Positions 48,805 to 58,578 of a stretch of DNA of 64,000 nt are shown one piece after another. Source of the DNA: Alphaproteobacteria bacterium (GTDB lineage: Bacteria > Pseudomonadota > Alphaproteobacteria > MPNO01); assembly GCA_965248835.1 (NCBI GenBank), contig CBDFLJ010000002.1, positions 2,368,001 to 2,432,000 on the forward strand, read 5' to 3'. The first letter of the stretch is position 1. Each line of letters begins with the position of its first letter. The position numbers and the translations under genes were made by a program. The notes beneath the pieces are model-generated. The model ran no database searches and had not been told where the DNA came from. It worked only from the letters and a program-made list of their open reading frames with translations.

Positions 48805-48893
48805 ACCACAGCGGATTGTCGTAGCCCGGGGTTTCCGACATCATGGGCCGCCGCCCGTTTCCGGGTCGGCCGAACCGGCTGGAGTTTCACCCG

Positions 48894-49934
48894 ATGCGCA
48901 TCGTCGATTCACACTTCCACTGGTGGCCGCGCTCGATCTTCGAGCAGCTCTGCAAGCGCAGTGGCTACCCGCGCGCGGAGGTCAACGACATCGGCGGCTA
49001 TGCCTATTGGCGCCGCGAGGATAGCGCGGAACCGCTGAATATCTGGGGCGAGTGGTTCGACCTCGACAAACAGCTCGAACACATGGACGGCCTCGGCCAC
49101 GAGGTGGACGTGGTCTGCTCGATCGGACCGTTCTCGGTCCATTTCTCCGACGTTCCCGCCGACCAGGGCCGCGACGACGCGATGCTGTGGAACGAGGAGA
49201 TGGCCGGCGCGCAGCGCAGGTATCCGGGCCGGGTGTGGGCGAGCGCGGCCGTACCACTGACCGACACCGACATCGCCATCGAGGTCTTCGATCATGCGAT
49301 CAACGAGCTCGGCCTGATGGGGGTCAACCTGCCGGGCAGCGTCGGCAGCGACCCGCGCATCGACGCCGACCGGCTGGAGCCTTTCTACGCCCGCGTCGCG
49401 GAAGCGGGCGTGCCGATGTTCCTGCACCCGACCGACGCGGTATTCCAGGACATGCTGCAGGGCTATGACGGTGCGCTTCACCTCAGCCTCGGCCGGGTGA
49501 TCGAGGTCAGCGTCGCGGCCATGCGATTGGTCCTGTCGGGGATACTGGATCGTCACCCCGATCTTACGGTGGTGATGTCCCACACCGGGGGCGCCCTGCC
49601 CTACCAATCCGGCCGGATGGACAAGAACGGCAAGGCGGCGAAGCTTCCCGAGCCGCCGAGCACCTACATCAAGCGGCTCTACAGCGACACCGTCTCGCCG
49701 CACATGGCAGGCATCCGCTACGCGATCGAGTATTTCGGCGTCGACCGCGTCATGTATGGCAGCGACTACCCTTGCTGGATGCCGGCCGAGGCTCTGCGCT
49801 ATCTGGAAGAGGTCGGACTGCCGCCGGCGGATCGGGAGAAGATCCTGAACACCAACGCCAGGCGCATCCTGGGGTTGCGCGATCCGGTTGCGCCGGTGGT
49901 CCGGCTGCAGGCAAGCGCCGCCGCTCTGGTCTAG
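48894..49934 (+). CDS. Amidohydrolase_2 (ACMSD/LigW-like) decarboxylase or hydrolase
   Basis: DSHFH, FLHP, SHTGGALP, YGSDYP. Confidence 0.9.
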   Translation: MRIVDSHFHWWPRSIFEQLCKRSGYPRAEVNDIGGYAYWRREDSAEPLNIWGEWFDLDKQLEHMDGLGHEVDVVCSIGPFSVHFSDVPADQGRDDAMLWNEEMAGAQRRYPGRVWASAAVPLTDTDIAIEVFDHAINELGLMGVNLPGSVGSDPRIDADRLEPFYARVAEAGVPMFLHPTDAVFQDMLQGYDGALHLSLGRVIEVSVAAMRLVLSGILDRHPDLTVVMSHTGGALPYQSGRMDKNGKAAKLPEPPSTYIKRLYSDTVSPHMAGIRYAIEYFGVDRVMYGSDYPCWMPAEALRYLEEVGLPPADREKILNTNARRILGLRDPVAPVVRLQASAAALV

Positions 49935-50130
49935 CCCATGCCGCGAACAGGTTGGATCCGCGCTCCGCAGCGAGCGGGTCCAATCTATGCCTGAAGCCAG
50001 CCCGAACAGGTCGACCCGCCGCCGGCGGACGCTCACCGGAATGCGGGCCGCCGCACCGGTCCAGCGTCCTTGGGACATCACCGTTCGGCACAAATCCTGT
50101 AGGATGGGAGCGGAACCGAGGAGAGACGAC

Positions 50131-50379
50131 GTGGCGGAATTCTATCGTCCGGATCTCGGCGCCAATGCCGATGATCCGTTTGCCCGCGATGCCGACGGCA
50201 AGCTCGTGCGGCGCGGCTACTGGCTGGACATGGCCGACCGGTCTCTGGTGCTGGCGATGACCCAGGGGGTCGGCGCCAATCTGAGCGCCGATCAGAAGCG
50301 CGCCCATCTGGCGGATATCGGCCGGGACCATCTCATCGAGGCGGTCTGCGTCGTCGAGATCCTGCCGCCGGAGAAGTGA
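50131..50379 (+). CDS. Small hypothetical protein (82 aa)
   Basis: RBS GAGGAG, GTG start, GC3-rich codon usage. Confidence 0.7.
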   Translation: MAEFYRPDLGANADDPFARDADGKLVRRGYWLDMADRSLVLAMTQGVGANLSADQKRAHLADIGRDHLIEAVCVVEILPPEK

Positions 50380-50469
50380 TCGCCGCGATCTGCACGAGCG
50401 ATCGGACCGGGCTTGAATTGCCGCTTTGGCGGCGTGTTTGCGATCATGGGACCGACCCCGACAAAGAAG

Positions 50470-51315
50470 ATGCCCGACGATCTCGAAGGCCTCAAACGCC
50501 ATATCGGAAACACCGCCGTCGCGCATGACGTCGCCGCCGCTTCCCAGGCCGGCAGGCTTGCCGCGACCCTGGGGGTCGCCCATCCGGCGCCCAATCCCGG
50601 CGATGCGTTGCCGCAGGGTTGGTACGGAATCTTTTTTCCGCCGCTCACGCCCACCGCCGGGCTGCGCGCCGACGGGCAGCCGGGCGAAGGGCTGGTGCCG
50701 CCGGTCCCGCTGCCGCGGCGGCGGCTGGAATCGGTGCGCGCGGTCTTCCACGAACCGATCCGGATCGGCGACCGGCTGAAAAAAATCTCCGAGGTCGCCG
50801 AAATCTCCGTCGAGGACCGCGGCGCCGGGCCGGTCGTCGGCGTGACGATCACCGAGACGATCACCGCGGAAGACAGGCTCTCGGTGGTCGAGCAGCGCGC
50901 GTTCCGGTTTTTCGGCGAGGCCGGGCCGGGCGCACCGGCCGAAGCGCCGTCGGTGCCGCAAGAGGCCGAATGGAGCCGGCGGATCGAGCCGGACCCGGTG
51001 ATGCTGTTCCGTCTGTCGGCGGTTCGGTTCAACAGCCACCGGGTGCATTACGACCGCGAATACGCCACCACGGTCGAAGGCATGCCGGGGCTTGCGGTGC
51101 CGATCACGCTGGTCTCCTCCCAGATGATCGAGATGCTGCGCGAGGCGCTGCCCGACCGGAGCCTGGCTTCGATCACCTACCGCTCGGTCAGACGGATCTT
51201 CGATCTCGGCGCCTACACCATCAACGGCGCGGCGGCGGACGGCGCGGCGGCGTTATGGGCGCGCGACCATGAGGACGCGCTCGCCGTGCTGGCGGAAGCG
51301 ACCTTCGCCGGCTGA
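50470..51315 (+). CDS. HTD2/MaoC double hot-dog acyl-CoA hydratase
   Basis: LRADG, PLPRRR, LFRLSAVRFNSHRVHYDREY. Confidence 0.85.
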   Translation: MPDDLEGLKRHIGNTAVAHDVAAASQAGRLAATLGVAHPAPNPGDALPQGWYGIFFPPLTPTAGLRADGQPGEGLVPPVPLPRRRLESVRAVFHEPIRIGDRLKKISEVAEISVEDRGAGPVVGVTITETITAEDRLSVVEQRAFRFFGEAGPGAPAEAPSVPQEAEWSRRIEPDPVMLFRLSAVRFNSHRVHYDREYATTVEGMPGLAVPITLVSSQMIEMLREALPDRSLASITYRSVRRIFDLGAYTINGAAADGAAALWARDHEDALAVLAEATFAG

Positions 51316-51337
51316 GACGAGCGATCGCCGCCGGGCA

Positions 51338-53659
51338 TCATTGCGACAGCAAGCCGAGCACGCGCTGGGGTGTGATCGGCAGTTCGATCCCGGCGATGTC
51401 GAGCCCGAGCGCATCGATGACCGCGCCCGCGATGGCCGCCGGCGCGCCGATGGTGCCGCTCTCGCCCATGCCCTTGTAGCCGCCCTCGGTCAGCGGCGAG
51501 AGCGTTTGCTGGTGGACGATCCGCAAATCGGGCCCTTCGAAGGCGGCGGGGATCATGTAATCGGCAAACGAGCCGGTCTGGAGCTGCCCGTCCTGGTCGT
51601 AGTTGATCTCCTCCAGGAGCGCCGCCCCGATCCCCTGGACCACCGCTCCCTGGATCTGCGCCACGACGGTCTCCAGGTTCGCGATCCGGCCGCAATCCTC
51701 GGCGACGGTATAGCCGATCACCTCGACCTCGCCGGTTTCGGTGTCGACCTCCACGACGGCGATATGCACGGCCGAGGAGACCGCCGCACCCGGCGTGGTG
51801 AAACTTGCCGTGGTCATCAGCCCGTGCTCCAAGCCTTCGGGCAGCCCACCGACGGGCGCGTGTGCGAACGCGGCGATCTCCGCGAACGTCGCGAACCGGT
51901 TGCCGCCGGCGCTGAAGCGTCCGTCGGCATACGCGATCTCGCCCGGATCGACATCGAAGCGAATCGCGGCAAGCCGGGTCATTCGCTCGATCATCTTGCC
52001 GGCGGCACGCTGCAGCGCCCCGCCGCCCGAAACCAGCCCCCGGCTGCCGAACGCGCCGGAGCCGTGCGGCATCGCCGATGTGTCCGCGCACCGCACGGCG
52101 ACGGACTCCGCGGCGACCTCGAGTTTGCCGGCGAGGATGGCGCGCATCGAATTGAACGGGAGCTGGCCCATCGCCGGCACCGTGACGTAGGCCTCGACAT
52201 CGCCTGAGCGGGCGACGCGGATCTGCGCGGCATCGAAGGCCGGGATCTCGGACATGCCGCGGCTGCGGAAGACGCTGCACCCCATCCCCGTCGGCTCGAT
52301 GAAGCACGACAGGCCGATGCCGCGGCGGCGTCCGGGCCGCGCAGCGCCGCGCGGCTGTGCGGCGAGCCTCGCGTAACCGGCGGCATCCAGGGCCTTGTCC
52401 AGGAGCGCCGGATAGTCGCCGCTGTCCAGGATCGCCCCCGATGCGCTGCGGAAAGGATGGGCGTCGGGCTGGACCATGTTGCGCCGGCGGATCTCGGCAC
52501 GGTCGATGCCGGTGCGCCGGGCGAGCCCGTCCATCAGCCCCTCGGTCACCAGCGGCGCCAGGGCGAAGCCGACCCCGCGATAGGGACCGGTCGGGCACTT
52601 GTTGGTCGCCACCGCATGGCCGGTGTAGTCGTACCACGGCACGACATAGGGACCGGGCAGGCCGACGATGGCGGTGTGCGGCTCCAGCGCGCATCCCAGC
52701 GGATAGGGGGAATAGGCCCCCGAATCGCACCAGACCTGCGCGCGCAGGCCCAGGATGCGGCCGTCCTCCGTGGCGCCGAGCTCGGCTTCGATCACCGCGT
52801 CGCGGGCGTGATAGGCGGTCTGCAGGTGCTCGATCCGGTCCTGCGCCCACTTGACCGGCCGGCCAAGCCGCCGGGCCGCGAAGACCGTTACCACCTCTTC
52901 GGCATAAAGCGGCATCTTGACACCGAATCCGCCGCCGATATCGACCGGGATCACTCGGATCTTCGACTCCGCGATGTCGAGGAAGCGCGCCAGCCCGTCG
53001 CGCAGCATGTGCGGCGTCTGGCTCGGCGAATAGACGTCTGTCTGGTCCAGGCGCCGGTCATGGACGGCGACGCATCCGCCGCATTCGATCGGGGATGCGG
53101 CGACACGCGGATGGCGGAACCGGCCCGAAATCCGCACCGGCGCAACGGCGATCGGATCGGCCTCCGGATCGGTGACCATCCGGCTGCGGAACATCGTGTT
53201 GTCTTCGATCTCGGCATGCACCAGCGCCGCGCCGGGGGCAAGCGCCGCCTCGACATCGGCCACCACGGGCGCGGACCCGTAGCCGACCTCGATCAGCGCA
53301 CAGGCATCTTCGGCCCGGTAGAGATCGGTCGCAACGACGGCGGCCACCGGCTCGCCGACGAACCGGACCCGATCGACGGCGATCGCGGGCCAATCGGTCT
53401 CGCGATAGCTGTACCAGTCGGCTTCGTCCATGCGCGCGGCCATCGGCGCCACGCGGCCGGCAAGCGCCGCCCCGGTGAGGACCGCGATCACGCCCTCGGC
53501 CGCTTCGGCCGAACCGGTGTCGATCCCGATGATTTCCGCAGCCGCGAACGGGCTGCGCAAGAAGGCGATGTGAAGACAACCGGCCGGCGCGACGTCGTCG
53601 ATATAGCGGCCCCGTCCGGACAGCAACGGAACGCGCTCGTCGAGGGGATCGATGCTCAT
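51338..53659 (-). CDS. Xanthine dehydrogenase-family molybdoprotein large subunit
   Basis: GRGRYIDD, IGGGFGVK, PYRGVG, GAFGSR, KGMGE. Confidence 0.93.
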   Translation of the reverse strand: MSIDPLDERVPLLSGRGRYIDDVAPAGCLHIAFLRSPFAAAEIIGIDTGSAEAAEGVIAVLTGAALAGRVAPMAARMDEADWYSYRETDWPAIAVDRVRFVGEPVAAVVATDLYRAEDACALIEVGYGSAPVVADVEAALAPGAALVHAEIEDNTMFRSRMVTDPEADPIAVAPVRISGRFRHPRVAASPIECGGCVAVHDRRLDQTDVYSPSQTPHMLRDGLARFLDIAESKIRVIPVDIGGGFGVKMPLYAEEVVTVFAARRLGRPVKWAQDRIEHLQTAYHARDAVIEAELGATEDGRILGLRAQVWCDSGAYSPYPLGCALEPHTAIVGLPGPYVVPWYDYTGHAVATNKCPTGPYRGVGFALAPLVTEGLMDGLARRTGIDRAEIRRRNMVQPDAHPFRSASGAILDSGDYPALLDKALDAAGYARLAAQPRGAARPGRRRGIGLSCFIEPTGMGCSVFRSRGMSEIPAFDAAQIRVARSGDVEAYVTVPAMGQLPFNSMRAILAGKLEVAAESVAVRCADTSAMPHGSGAFGSRGLVSGGGALQRAAGKMIERMTRLAAIRFDVDPGEIAYADGRFSAGGNRFATFAEIAAFAHAPVGGLPEGLEHGLMTTASFTTPGAAVSSAVHIAVVEVDTETGEVEVIGYTVAEDCGRIANLETVVAQIQGAVVQGIGAALLEEINYDQDGQLQTGSFADYMIPAAFEGPDLRIVHQQTLSPLTEGGYKGMGESGTIGAPAAIAGAVIDALGLDIAGIELPITPQRVLGLLSQ

Positions 53660-55119
53660 GCCGGCTCCACGTCATAGCTGTTCATCAGGCCGCTGAGAAT
53701 GTCGTCGAGCCCTTCCCAGTCGCAGACAAGGAAGCTGTAGAGGTTCATCACGAAACCGGGCCCGGCGTAGAATTTTTCGTACTGGGAATGCCGGCCGGCG
53801 AACTCGGAGCCCAGCAGGTCCCAGGCGAGCCGAAGCAGCTTCATGCGCTCCTTGGCGGTCTGGTCCGGCGCCGACCAGTAGGTTTCGAACTTCTCGGCCA
53901 GCTCCGGGTCGGCCAGCACCGAGGAATCGGCCGGCATCTGGAACGGCCCGCCGCCCATCAGCTCGCGCACCTGGTCGCAGATTTCCGAATAGTTGGTGGA
54001 GCACCAATGAAGCGCGGCATACATGTAGCGTCGGTTGACGGTCACGTAGCCGGAGCCCGGCACCATCTCTTCGCAGTCCAGGAGCTGGCCCCTGATCAGC
54101 CCTTCGAGCGTGGCGAGCTTGGCGGCAAGCTCGCCCATCACGCCCTGGACCGCGGGGATGTCGGCCGCATTGTTCATCTGCACGATGCGGTGGGCGACCG
54201 CGACGATCAGCTTGAGCTTCTCCAGGAAGCGGATATTGGCCTGGTGGTTGGCGAGCGAATGCCCGGGTGTCAGCGTGTAGATCGCCCGTGTCATCTCGAC
54301 GTCTTCGTGCAGGAAGACGTTCTCCCATGGCACATGGACGTCCTCGAACAGCACGGCCGCGTCGGTCTCGTCGAAGCGCCATGACAGCGGCATATCGAAT
54401 TCATTGATCGCGAACTTCTCGTATGGCTTGCGCGCCCAGATCGACACGCCCGGCGTTCCCAGCGGCACCGCGCAGGTAATGGCCTCCTTCTCCTGGCCCG
54501 GTGCGACGGGCTGCAGGTTGCCGACCCAGGTGGCATGGCAGAAGACCGCCGAAGTGCCGATCATCTTCAGCCCGTTGAGCGTCACCCCCGCGTCGTCCTC
54601 GGCCGTCACCCGCAGCGTCGGTGTCGGCCGGCCGGCATCGGTGAACGCCTTCGGCCGGCGGCTGACCTGCGGGTTTGTGACCGTGTGGGCGAGGAACAGG
54701 TCCTCCCGCCGCGCCTTCCTGTAGTAGGCGGTGAGGTTCGCGCCGGTGCCGGGCCGCAGGCTCTCGAACAGATCCGGCCTCGTGGCGAGCCCGCTCAGAT
54801 AGCTCGGGAAATTATCGGGCGAACGGCCAAGCAGGCCGTAGGACCACGAGGCGATCCGGCGATGGACCTCATAGCGGCGTTCCAGATCCGCGCGGCAGCG
54901 CGCCATCAGCCAATAGGCCGAATACGCCTCGCCATCCTCCTCGCACACCATCAGGTCGCGCTGATCCGGCGCGCGTTTCCTGTCGTAGATCTCGGCGAAG
55001 GACCGCGCCGCGTTGCGGAACGCCGGATGGGCCGTAACGTCCTCGATTCGCTCGCGCCCGACATAGACGCAGCGGCCGTCGCGCAGGCTCTCAAGGTATT
55101 CCTCACCGCTCAGCAGCAT
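53656..55119 (-). CDS. 4-hydroxyphenylacetate 3-hydroxylase (HpaB/PvcC) family monooxygenase
   Basis: YLESLRDGR, GRSPD, FDETDA, SEFAGRHSQYEKFYAG. Confidence 0.92.
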   Translation of the reverse strand: MLLSGEEYLESLRDGRCVYVGRERIEDVTAHPAFRNAARSFAEIYDRKRAPDQRDLMVCEEDGEAYSAYWLMARCRADLERRYEVHRRIASWSYGLLGRSPDNFPSYLSGLATRPDLFESLRPGTGANLTAYYRKARREDLFLAHTVTNPQVSRRPKAFTDAGRPTPTLRVTAEDDAGVTLNGLKMIGTSAVFCHATWVGNLQPVAPGQEKEAITCAVPLGTPGVSIWARKPYEKFAINEFDMPLSWRFDETDAAVLFEDVHVPWENVFLHEDVEMTRAIYTLTPGHSLANHQANIRFLEKLKLIVAVAHRIVQMNNAADIPAVQGVMGELAAKLATLEGLIRGQLLDCEEMVPGSGYVTVNRRYMYAALHWCSTNYSEICDQVRELMGGGPFQMPADSSVLADPELAEKFETYWSAPDQTAKERMKLLRLAWDLLGSEFAGRHSQYEKFYAGPGFVMNLYSFLVCDWEGLDDILSGLMNSYDVEPA

Positions 55120-55210
55120 CCCGACGACTCCACACAAACGCGATGGGCGAGCATAGGGCGAAGGCACCGGTGCTGCTACTCTGGCCGGCGGACAGCAAGG
55201 GAAGACGGGC

Positions 55211-56572
55211 GTGGACGAGGGACCGACCGGGGTGCTGGCGCGCTTTGCCGCATCGCTCGATCACGAGGCGATCCCGCCTTCCGTGCGCGAGGCTTGCAAG
55301 ACATTGCTGCTCGATGCGCTGGCCTGTGCGCTGGCGGGCCACAGGGGCGAGGAGACCGGCCAGATCGAGGCGATGGCCGCCGCACTCGGCCGGTCGCGCG
55401 AGGCGCGCGTCATCGGCGGCGATGCGTTGTCGCTCGCCGGTGCGGTGCTGCAGAACGGCTACCTGATCACCGCGACGACGATGTGCGACGTCCACCGCGA
55501 GACGCTGAGCCACATCACGCCGGAGATCATCCCGCCGGCGCTGGCGATCGCCGAGCGCGACGGCGCGTCGGGCCGGGCGCTGCTGACCGCGATCGCGGCC
55601 GGATGCGAGGTCGCGACCCGGGTGGGCATCGGCCTCGACTACCCCGTCTTCCGTGCCAAGGGCTGGCATGGGCCGGGTGTGATCGGGCCGTTCGGCGCGG
55701 CGGCTGCGGTGGGCAGCCTGCGCGGCTTCGACGGCACAGCCATGGCGCGTGCGTTCGGCCTGGCCGGCAGCCAGTCCGCCGGGACGTTCGCCGCCTGGGG
55801 AACCCCGACGGTGAAGTTCCACCAGTGCCGCGCCGCCTTGTCCGGGCTGATGGCCGCACTCCTGGCGGAACAGGGATTCGTTGCAACCGAGGAATTCCTG
55901 ACAGCGCCGGACGGCGGGCTCTACAACACCTATGCCGAGGGCGGCAGGCCGGAGGATGCGCTCGCCGGGCTCGGCACAAGCTGGGAGCTGACACGCATCG
56001 CGCTCCGGCTCTGGCCTGCGGCGACCGCGCTGCAGGCCGTCCTGACCGCGCTTGCGGCGCTGGAACAGATCGCATTTTCGGATATCGAGCAAGTCCGCAT
56101 CGGTCTCGGCCGTACGCCGTTCGAGATGCATGGCGGGTTCGCGGCCTACGCAGCGAAGTTCGAAGCGCTGCTGTCCGCCCACTACGTTGCCGCAGTCTAC
56201 CTGCGCGATCGGATGCTGACGCTCGATCAGTTCGAGCCTGCCTGCTACGACGACCCGGTGCTGCGCCGTTTCGCCGCCGGGAAGGTCGCGGTGGTCCACG
56301 ATTCAGCGCTTGCCGACGGCGAGGCCTTGGTCACGTTGACCACCACGGACGGGCGCGCGCTTGCCGCCCGGTGCGAGCATCCGCTGGGAAGCCCGGAGAA
56401 TCCGCTTTCGCGCGGCCGGATCGAGGAAAAGTTCCGCATCTATGGCGGCCCCCGCCTGGGTGCGGAGCGCGCCGAGGCCGTGATCGCCGCGGTCGGGGAA
56501 CTCGAAAATCTCCCTTCGGCGGCAGACCTCACGGAAATTCTCGGCACACCGCTCAAAGCGCCCGGCCGATGA
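55211..56572 (+). CDS. MmgE/PrpD family protein
   Basis: LLLDALACALAG, DVH, GWH, GSPENPL. Confidence 0.9.
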   Translation: MDEGPTGVLARFAASLDHEAIPPSVREACKTLLLDALACALAGHRGEETGQIEAMAAALGRSREARVIGGDALSLAGAVLQNGYLITATTMCDVHRETLSHITPEIIPPALAIAERDGASGRALLTAIAAGCEVATRVGIGLDYPVFRAKGWHGPGVIGPFGAAAAVGSLRGFDGTAMARAFGLAGSQSAGTFAAWGTPTVKFHQCRAALSGLMAALLAEQGFVATEEFLTAPDGGLYNTYAEGGRPEDALAGLGTSWELTRIALRLWPAATALQAVLTALAALEQIAFSDIEQVRIGLGRTPFEMHGGFAAYAAKFEALLSAHYVAAVYLRDRMLTLDQFEPACYDDPVLRRFAAGKVAVVHDSALADGEALVTLTTTDGRALAARCEHPLGSPENPLSRGRIEEKFRIYGGPRLGAERAEAVIAAVGELENLPSAADLTEILGTPLKAPGR

Positions 56573-57698
56573 TGTGCTTCATGATCTCGTTGGTGCCGGC
56601 ATAGATCCGGTGGACTCGCGCGTCGGCCCAGGCGCGCGCGATCGGGTATTCCCACATGTAGCCGTTGCCGCCGTGGAGCTGGACGCAGCGATCGAGCACC
56701 TTGTCGGCCAGCTCGGTGGTGGCGAGCTTGGCCATCGCCGCGACCTCGGCGGTCAGCATGTCTTCCGCGACGGCAGCGATGCAGCGGTCGACGAAGGGGC
56801 GCATAGCGGCGCACGCGGTCGCGAGATCGGCCAGGGTGAACTGGGTGTTCTGGAAATCGAACACCGGCCGGTCGAAGGCCTTGCGCGACTTGGTGTAGTC
56901 GATCGTCTGTTCGAGCGCGGTCTCGGCGATCGCCATCGAGCGGACCGCGACGACCATGCGTTCACGCGCGAGCCCGGCCATGAGCTGGCGCCAGCCGTTC
57001 TCGTCGCCGCCGAGCAGGGCCGCGGTCGGCAGGCGCATGTCGTCGAAGAACAGCTCGGCCGTGTCCTGCGCCTTGTTGCCCACCTTCTTGAGTACTCGGC
57101 CACGGCGGAAGCCCTCGGTGTCGGTCGGCACCAGGAACAGCGCCACGCCCTGCGCGCCCAGCTCCGGGTCGGCCGAGGCAGCGAGCAGGACCGCATCGGC
57201 GATGTGGCCGTTGGTGATGAAGGTCTTCGCACCGTTGATCACATAGCCGTTGCCTTCGCGCCGCGCGGTGGTACGGATGCCCGCCAGGTTGCTGCCGCCA
57301 TCGGGCTCGGTCAGCCCGAGGCCGAAGATCGCCTCACCGGCGGCCATCCTGGGCAGCCATTCGCGCCTCTGATCCTCGCTCGCATGCGCGACAAGCATGG
57401 GCGCGATGATGTGGCCGTGCATATCCCAGGCCGGCGCCGCCAGGCCGTGCCGGCCGAGCTCCTCGATGACCACCGCATCCCACAGGAAATCGCCCCCCGC
57501 GCCGCCATAGGCCTCGGGCACGCTGGTCCCAAGGAGGCCCATCTCGCCCGCCCGACGCCAGATCCCGCGCGGCGTCCGACCCTGTTCCTCCCAGCTCTCA
57601 TAATGGGGCACGACCTCGGCGGCGAAGAACGCGCGCACGCTGTCGCGAAAGATCTCATGATCGGGTGAGAACAGCGTTCGTTCCAGTCCGGGGATCAT
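56553..57698 (-). CDS. Acyl-CoA dehydrogenase
   Basis: LTEPDGGS, INGAKTFITNG, QLHGGNGY, IYAGTNEI. Confidence 0.95.
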   Translation of the reverse strand: MIPGLERTLFSPDHEIFRDSVRAFFAAEVVPHYESWEEQGRTPRGIWRRAGEMGLLGTSVPEAYGGAGGDFLWDAVVIEELGRHGLAAPAWDMHGHIIAPMLVAHASEDQRREWLPRMAAGEAIFGLGLTEPDGGSNLAGIRTTARREGNGYVINGAKTFITNGHIADAVLLAASADPELGAQGVALFLVPTDTEGFRRGRVLKKVGNKAQDTAELFFDDMRLPTAALLGGDENGWRQLMAGLARERMVVAVRSMAIAETALEQTIDYTKSRKAFDRPVFDFQNTQFTLADLATACAAMRPFVDRCIAAVAEDMLTAEVAAMAKLATTELADKVLDRCVQLHGGNGYMWEYPIARAWADARVHRIYAGTNEIMKHIIGRAL

Positions 57699-57852
57699 TC
57701 CGTACCGACCTTTCGTCTGGCCATATATCGGCCGCCATTCTAGCGCGAGGGAGGACCGGGCGGGCGGCGATCAGCCGGACGGCCGATTGGCCTTGCCCGC
57801 CGTTCGCGGCTTCGCGTAGGCTTCGGCCCCGGGGCAAGGATCGGGACGGACC

Positions 57853-58578
57853 ATGGCGCAGGACTCGAAGGACGCGACCATCGTGGTCACCGGCGCGGGC
57901 AGCGGCATCGGATACGCCGTCACCCGCCGGCTGCTCGATGCCGGGTATGCGGTTTCGGCCTGGGATGTCGCGGAGGGCAAGCTCGCCGGCGCCAACGATG
58001 CCGGGCTCGCCTTCCACGAGATCGACGTCCGCGACAAGGCGGCGATGGACAGTGTCGTCGCCGGAATCCGCACCCCGATTGCCGGGCTGGTCAACTGCGC
58101 GGCGATCTACAAGCCGGTGCCGTTCCTCGAGCTCGACGAGGCGAGCTGGGACACCCATCTGGGCATCAACCTCAAGGGCACGCTGCTCGCCAGCCAAGCG
58201 GTGCTGCCGCTTATGCGGGCCCGCAAGTCGGGCGCGATCGTGATGTTTTCCTCGGGCATCGCACGCACCGGCGCGCGCCACGGCACCGCCTATGCCGCGA
58301 CCAAAGGCGGCGTTCTGGGCCTTGCCCGCGGCATGGCCCTGGACGTCGCGGCCGACAATATCAGGGTCAACGTGATCTCGCCCGGGGTGACCGATACGCC
58401 GCAGCCGCGCGGCCACCGATCCCAGGCCGATCTCGATGCGATGGCCGCGGCCAACCCGATGGGCCGGATCGGCGCGCCAGAGGACATGGCCGAAGCGGCG
58501 CTGTTCCTGCTGGAAGACGACAGTTCCTTCATCACCGGCCAGGACATCCGGGTCAACGGCGGCGGGATGCTGATCTGA
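57853..58578 (+). CDS. SDR family oxidoreductase
   Basis: TGAGSGIG, YAATK. Confidence 0.93.
   Translation: MAQDSKDATIVVTGAGSGIGYAVTRRLLDAGYAVSAWDVAEGKLAGANDAGLAFHEIDVRDKAAMDSVVAGIRTPIAGLVNCAAIYKPVPFLELDEASWDTHLGINLKGTLLASQAVLPLMRARKSGAIVMFSSGIARTGARHGTAYAATKGGVLGLARGMALDVAADNIRVNVISPGVTDTPQPRGHRSQADLDAMAAANPMGRIGAPEDMAEAALFLLEDDSSFITGQDIRVNGGGMLI

Noticed and set aside
52850-52867. CTTGACCGGCCGGCCAAG near-palindrome resembling the hairpin family
   Set aside because: It encodes the conserved LGRPVKW motif of XDH large subunits with no extra residues.
51338-53659. Aerobic CO dehydrogenase CoxL
   Set aside because: It lacks the form I AYxCSFR motif and there are no coxMS genes.
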